From NCBI GenBank assembly GCA_049325535.1, contig JBMOKY010000001.1, forward strand, positions 557,942 through 621,941: a DNA stretch of 64,000 bases, read 5' to 3'. Made by a program: the position numbers and the translations under genes. The stretch comes from Patescibacteria group bacterium. Lineage in GTDB: Bacteria > Patescibacteriota > Patescibacteriia > UBA10025 > JAHIVO01. This document shows positions 59,068 through 64,000 of this stretch, piece by piece; the stretch's first letter is position 1; each line of letters opens with the position of its first letter. The notes under the pieces were generated by a model that did no database searches, had not been told where the DNA came from, and saw nothing but the letters and a program-made list of their open reading frames with translations.

Positions 59068-59700
59068 TTAGGTTAATAATTCACGTAAATTATTTAGTAT
59101 CGGTACAGGATCAGCCGCCTGTGATATAAGCGACCCGATGCCAATATCATCGACACCGGCGCGCACGATGTCTTCGATCTGCGCCTCAGTTACGCCGCCA
59201 TCAATCGCAATCTGAATATCGGGAAATTGATTGACGCATTCACGGATTTTGTCCAGCACTGCTGAATTAAATGGCTGACCCTGGCGTCCCGGCGATACGG
59301 ACATAAAAAGAATATTATCCACCATGTCGGCATATTCCTCGAAAGCACTTATGGGCGTCTCGAGGTTATTGGCAAGTCCGACTATAAATCCTGCGTCACG
59401 CAGTGCACGAATTTCATCGGCTGGTTCGAGCAATGGCTCGATGTGAATATACACGCGCTTATACCGGTCTCGCGGAAGCCCGCGCCACCACCGCGAAGGC
59501 TCAGCCACCATCAGGTGCGCTTCCAGGGAAACCGGCGACTGAAGTCTCGCCGCATCCTCCGCGGATATGGAACGCTCACTTACGAAATGCCCATCCATCA
59601 GATCGATTTGAATCCAGTCAACCAGACCTGCCAGACGGTCGAGCTGGGATTGGGCGACAGATACGGAATCAGTAAGAATAGAGGGTATTATTTGTGCCAT
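59068..59700 (-). CDS. rpe: Ribulose-phosphate 3-epimerase
   Basis: 'IPSIL', 'DLMDGHFV', 'EAHLMV', 'MSVSPG', 'IDGGV'. Confidence 0.92.
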   Translation of the reverse strand: MAQIIPSILTDSVSVAQSQLDRLAGLVDWIQIDLMDGHFVSERSISAEDAARLQSPVSLEAHLMVAEPSRWWRGLPRDRYKRVYIHIEPLLEPADEIRALRDAGFIVGLANNLETPISAFEEYADMVDNILFMSVSPGRQGQPFNSAVLDKIRECVNQFPDIQIAIDGGVTEAQIEDIVRAGVDDIGIGSLISQAADPVPILNNLRELLT

Positions 59701-60128
59701 GCGTCGATAATCTTAAACCGTTTCAGCCGACGGGGAACGGCTCGGAACTGGGTGCGCATCCATATGTCGACGATGGCCCGGGACCGGGCAGCTGTGACCT
59801 GCCAAGCAGAAAGCACCAATACATTCGCATTATCATGCGTACGGGCATACTGCGCTTGTCGCTGGGTATGTATCAGAGTCGCCCGTATGCCTGAAAAACG
59901 ATTAGCTGCGATGTCCATACCAAATCCGGTGCCACAAATGAGAATACCCCGGTTACGCGAATTTTTTTTGACTCCGGTGACCACTGACGGTACAAAATCT
60001 GTAAAATCATTTTTTTGGCTTCCCTGATGACTGCCGACATCAGAAAACTTTATACCCTTGGTTTGAAGATATTTTTTGAGCGACTCTTTGAGTTTATATC
60101 CGGCGTAGTCTGAACCTATGTAAAGCAT
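59688..60128 (-). CDS. rpiB: Ribose-5-phosphate isomerase B
   Basis: 'GILICGTGFGM.IAANR', 'ARTHDNANVL'; start trimmed to 60128. Confidence 0.9.
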   Translation of the reverse strand: MLYIGSDYAGYKLKESLKKYLQTKGIKFSDVGSHQGSQKNDFTDFVPSVVTGVKKNSRNRGILICGTGFGMDIAANRFSGIRATLIHTQRQAQYARTHDNANVLVLSAWQVTAARSRAIVDIWMRTQFRAVPRRLKRFKIIDAWHK

Positions 60129-60129
60129 A

Positions 60130-60501
60130 TTATGAATATGAAGATGGTTTTTTGCCGATATTAATAATCGCGCACCCGAGCGTCGGTTGGAGTCCCAGCT
60201 CCCGGGCACGAGCGATCAGGTCGTCACTTTCGCTGCCTGGATTGAAAAAAACTTCTCGGGGAGCACAAGCTGCAATCTCATTGATGATGGCCATGCCCGC
60301 CGCAGGAGGCAGATACAGAGCCACCCGATTAATCGGTTTGCCGACGTCGGCAACATGGGCAAAGGCAGGTATGCCTTCGATGGTCTTTTCGTGAAGATTA
60401 ATCGGATAGACTGTCCATCCAGCCTCGAGATACGCACGGACCGCTTTATTACCATACTTTGACCGGTTAGCTGACGCGCCAATGATAGCAACGCTGGGCA
60501 T
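60130..60501 (-). CDS. CoA-binding domain protein
   Basis: 'VAIIGAS...KYGN', 'VYPIN', 'FNPG'. Confidence 0.88.
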   Translation of the reverse strand: MPSVAIIGASANRSKYGNKAVRAYLEAGWTVYPINLHEKTIEGIPAFAHVADVGKPINRVALYLPPAAGMAIINEIAACAPREVFFNPGSESDDLIARARELGLQPTLGCAIINIGKKPSSYS

Positions 60502-60504
60502 ACC

Positions 60505-61899
60505 TTATAGTTTCTTATCAGATGACTGGTGAATGGGCAAAAGAATGGTGACGTGCGTCCCGACATGTTCGATACTATCCAGAAAAATCTCTCCCCCCAT
60601 GATACGGACCAGTTCCCGTGTGATCCATAATCCCAGTCCGGTACCGGTAATTTTGTCAGTTTGAGATGAACGTACGCGGTAAAACTTTTCAAACAATTTA
60701 TCTCTGTCTTTTGCGGCAATTCCTATTCCGGTGTCGGATATTTTGATGCGCACCATCGAATTTTTATCCCGAATTTCATCAACAGCCACCGTCACCTTTC
60801 CATGCATCGTATATTTTATAGCATTGCTCAGAAGGTTGACTAAAATTTGCTGCAAACGGCTAGCGTCAGCCTGCACGGGTGGGATGTGGGGTTGAATCGC
60901 CTTTACCAGGGAGAGGCCCTTTTCATCAGCTTGGTGCTGAAACGTTTGGATGACTTGAGTAAGCAATACTTCTACATTGACTGCAGTTATATGTAAGCTA
61001 ACCCGGCCTTGCTCAATACGTGATACCTCAAGCAGATCCTCGACGAGATCGTGCAGGCGCTCACCTTCTGCCCGTACCATGAGCAGCTTCTTCCGCGCTT
61101 CATCAGGTATTACGCCAAATGAGCCATCAAGTAACATCTGCAGGTATCCACGAATGCCGGTAATCGGTGCGCGTAACTCATGTGAAGCCATGGAAATAAA
61201 TTCATCCTTCATTTCATCAAGTTCTTTCAATTTTTTTAGAAGGAGGGTATTTCGATACAGTCGGGTGTTATTTGCCAGCAGCAATATGATAATCACGATC
61301 GAAATAACTAAAATCACCAGCGACCGATTTAAATTTTGCTGAACCAACTCATCTACTACCCTCGACGATACTTTCATAGTAACTACCGCTATCTTTTCCC
61401 CACTCATATCCGTGACAGTTCGTACGACCACCCAAAACCGTTCCGAACCAAGCTGTGTGGGATCTTCAGTAGAACGGGCGGCGGATGTGGTGGTATACGC
61501 GATCGGCTCTTCTGTCTGCCATGCAATAGTATTGTAGAGATATGTAGACGGAGTATTGACCCGACTCTGGTCCAGACTTGCGACAATGCGAAATCCATCT
61601 CCATCAGGAATTAGAACGTCCAAGCTTCTGATTTCATCATTACGGGCCGCCAAATCACTCACGCGCTGCTGTAGCGCCTGCGGGTCGTCGAGCACCGTCG
61701 GAACCTCCTGGCTAAAAACGCTGGCTGCCAGTGAAGCTTTTCGCTGCAGCTCAATGTCAATGATGTCATTTGTTCGATTTGTTTGCAGCAGCGTATTGAC
61801 GACGAGTGCCGCGGGTATCAAAATAAAAAGAAGGATTCCATACATAAACTGAAAATTCTCTCGCAGTACCTTCACGCTGTTGCGAAAATGTAGTTTCAT
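60505..61899 (-). CDS. Membrane sensor histidine kinase
   Basis: Two TM; H-box 'SHELRAP', N-box 'NLLSNAIKY', G1 'DTGIG', G2 'GTGLGL'. Confidence 0.95.
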   Translation of the reverse strand: MKLHFRNSVKVLRENFQFMYGILLFILIPAALVVNTLLQTNRTNDIIDIELQRKASLAASVFSQEVPTVLDDPQALQQRVSDLAARNDEIRSLDVLIPDGDGFRIVASLDQSRVNTPSTYLYNTIAWQTEEPIAYTTTSAARSTEDPTQLGSERFWVVVRTVTDMSGEKIAVVTMKVSSRVVDELVQQNLNRSLVILVISIVIIILLLANNTRLYRNTLLLKKLKELDEMKDEFISMASHELRAPITGIRGYLQMLLDGSFGVIPDEARKKLLMVRAEGERLHDLVEDLLEVSRIEQGRVSLHITAVNVEVLLTQVIQTFQHQADEKGLSLVKAIQPHIPPVQADASRLQQILVNLLSNAIKYTMHGKVTVAVDEIRDKNSMVRIKISDTGIGIAAKDRDKLFEKFYRVRSSQTDKITGTGLGLWITRELVRIMGGEIFLDSIEHVGTHVTILLPIHQSSDKKL

Positions 61900-63929
61900 G
61901 CGGGTGAATGTTTGTTCCTTTGCTTCATCAGCCAGCCAATTGCCAGTGCGGCCGTCAGACTGAGAACGATAATAGCGACCATGCGCAGGTAATTGTTGAT
62001 CGACCGATCCTGAGTTTGAGATACGTTTACATCCCCGCGCAAATACTCATCCTCGCTGACCGCCTGAGCTTGGCGGATGAAAAAAGCAAACGGAGCGCTC
62101 TTTTCCTCTATTTTTCCCGTATCATCGGTTACCGTGACATACACTTCATGTTTGCCATCGTCTAATCCTGAATCAAGGGTATATACGAAATTTCCCTGGG
62201 CATCAGTTTTGGTAGTGACCACGATTGGGTTTGAATAGATGTACAGTGTGAGGTAAGTATTGGCAGGGCCAGTTCCGGAAATGACAATTGCGTTGTGTGA
62301 TCCTATCGTTTTATTTTCGATGCGAGCGATAGTAAATAGATCAGGCATGAGGGTGCCTTTTGTAGTTGGTTGCTCCCATACATTTGCTTCCAGTCGCATC
62401 CGAATAGCGTCCGCCTGCTGCTGAGTCAGCCGCCCAAGAGCTACCAGTCGAGCCAGCGACTGTGCCGCGCTCGAGCTGGTGGTGCCAAATAATTCGGCGA
62501 CGTCAGAAGTACCATCAGCATTGGTATCGGGGCTATGTACAGCAGTGCCCAGCAGTAATTCTTCCTCATCAGTGGTTCCGTCACCATCGGCATCCGGCTC
62601 GGTAAAATTTTCGACAGGGGGAGATGGCGGTATTGACACTGACCCATCAGGGCCGATAACCAATTCGCTCGTATTTGCCACGGACACTCCGATCACTCCG
62701 CTCATGCCGTATTGACCCGCGGCATTCACTGCGCGAGCATATACAAAATATCCTCCATCTGGAACGTTTTCAGTATCCCAACTCCGTGCCCATATATGGT
62801 CATTTGTCGATGATACGGTAGCTGATCCAATGCGGTATTCAACAGGTGAATCCACAGAACGATAATACATGGTCACTCCGCTGACTTCACCAGACACTTC
62901 AGCACGAATCAGGGCGGTGGCCGAAATCGTCGCACCGTTCCCCGGCTGTATCAAGGTAACGATAGGTACTCCCGGTGGAGGCGAAGCGGTTTCCCCCGTA
63001 GTAGGCGTGGGGGTGGCTGGAGGTGTTTCAGTCGACGGCCCGGCCGGTACCGCGCAGGATTGAGATTCAGTGCGCGTATTACCACATCCATCAGAGCAAA
63101 CCCGTGTCTGTATCCCAGCTGACGAACAGGCGATCCAATCAGTACAGGTCCATGCCGCCGTACAGGTCGTATTGTAAATACTGAGAGGCGCCAGCGCTAC
63201 ATTTTCCAGCTGCATGCCACTGCGTGTCTGTATGGATACTAAGATTGTATTTGTCCCATTTGAGACATTACGGCTATCCCATTCGGCACTCCACTGAGAT
63301 GAAATGTACTGCTGCCCTCCGGTTCGAAGCATGTTTATCACCGGCTGGTTTGATCCTTCGATAGAGAAGCGGGCTGCTGCCAAATCACCACTTGCCGAAA
63401 ATGATACGGGAATAATGCCACTCACCTGAGAGCCGGCGGTCGGGTGCGTGATTTGAAAGGTGTTTGAAACAGTCAGCGGCCCAAACAACCCGGTACTGCT
63501 GCCGGGTGACATCAATATCGCATCACCAGACGGAGTGTGAGCACGAAAACCGACCTGATACCGACCATTTGGAAGGTCAAGCGTATCACAATACATTGAC
63601 CAGCGGAACAAAGTATCCGTTGATTGATTGGTACAGTGCAGCGTACGAGTGAGACCGCCCTGGACATACGCATCCACGTCAACTCCGGTAATAGTGGATA
63701 CTCCCTCGCCGCTAAAACGGATGACAAAACGAGTCTGCCCAAATATAGGGGCTTGGGTGGCTGAACTGACATCCGGTGATTCGAGATACACAACCAGCTG
63801 TGGAGGGGTATCAGTGTTGATTTGCGCTCGTGCAGGGTGAATCACGCCAATCACAAAAAGGTAACCAATGGCAGCTATACCCATTAGTCCAGTACCGATG
63901 GCTATTTTTTTTGTTTTATTTGCCATCAT
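61896..63929 (-). CDS. Surface protein with Ig-like domains, DxDxDG motifs and C-terminal TM
   Basis: N-terminal hydrophobic segment, 'WDSRNVSNG'/'WDTENVPDG' Ig-like repeats, Cys-rich TSP1-like segment, P/T linker, C-terminal anchor. Confidence 0.7.
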   Translation of the reverse strand: MMANKTKKIAIGTGLMGIAAIGYLFVIGVIHPARAQINTDTPPQLVVYLESPDVSSATQAPIFGQTRFVIRFSGEGVSTITGVDVDAYVQGGLTRTLHCTNQSTDTLFRWSMYCDTLDLPNGRYQVGFRAHTPSGDAILMSPGSSTGLFGPLTVSNTFQITHPTAGSQVSGIIPVSFSASGDLAAARFSIEGSNQPVINMLRTGGQQYISSQWSAEWDSRNVSNGTNTILVSIQTRSGMQLENVALAPLSIYNTTCTAAWTCTDWIACSSAGIQTRVCSDGCGNTRTESQSCAVPAGPSTETPPATPTPTTGETASPPPGVPIVTLIQPGNGATISATALIRAEVSGEVSGVTMYYRSVDSPVEYRIGSATVSSTNDHIWARSWDTENVPDGGYFVYARAVNAAGQYGMSGVIGVSVANTSELVIGPDGSVSIPPSPPVENFTEPDADGDGTTDEEELLLGTAVHSPDTNADGTSDVAELFGTTSSSAAQSLARLVALGRLTQQQADAIRMRLEANVWEQPTTKGTLMPDLFTIARIENKTIGSHNAIVISGTGPANTYLTLYIYSNPIVVTTKTDAQGNFVYTLDSGLDDGKHEVYVTVTDDTGKIEEKSAPFAFFIRQAQAVSEDEYLRGDVNVSQTQDRSINNYLRMVAIIVLSLTAALAIGWLMKQRNKHSPA

Positions 63930-64000
63930 GGCATTTTTATTAGCCTCTAGTTTCGCTAGGATACCATAAAAACCTCGAAAAGTCAAAAAGACGCAGGATA

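Noticed and set aside
1-64000. Alternative genetic code (TGA reassigned)
   Set aside because: Conserved genes are full length under code 11, and TGA terminates proS at the expected position.

Overview
This is chromosomal DNA, most likely from a Patescibacteria/CPR bacterium. That assignment is inferred from a DUF4012 protein, short ProRS, two MreB paralogues, helicase-degenerate PriA, core genes lacking Shine-Dalgarno sites, and no biosynthetic operons. Genetic code 11 fits. Positions 1-22.5 kb hold + strand housekeeping genes (mreB, holB, frr, rseP, proS, mreBCD-mrdA, greA, lysS, serS, alr, ddl; HU on the - strand). Positions 23-33.8 kb form an accessory region centred on a single Xer-type tyrosine recombinase. 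A 28-bp dif-like site lies just downstream of the recombinase's own promoter, and a synonymously diverged in-frame second copy of its 3' end follows the stop codon. After that comes a co-oriented array of small accessory genes (HEPN protein first) punctuated by REP-like palindromes. Positions 35.3-64 kb are mostly - strand (gltX, rlmH, tagA-like, non-oxidative pentose phosphate cluster, histidine kinase) with a + strand block (priA, def, fmt). Small orphan genes scattered through the window carry their own sigma70 promoters, GGAGG sites and related terminators, and in two cases an identical boxA-like 11-mer. One orphan pair sits behind a candidate leader-peptide attenuator (51898-52080). I saw no tRNA, rRNA, CRISPR array or IS element. 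All calls are by eye; no searches were run.
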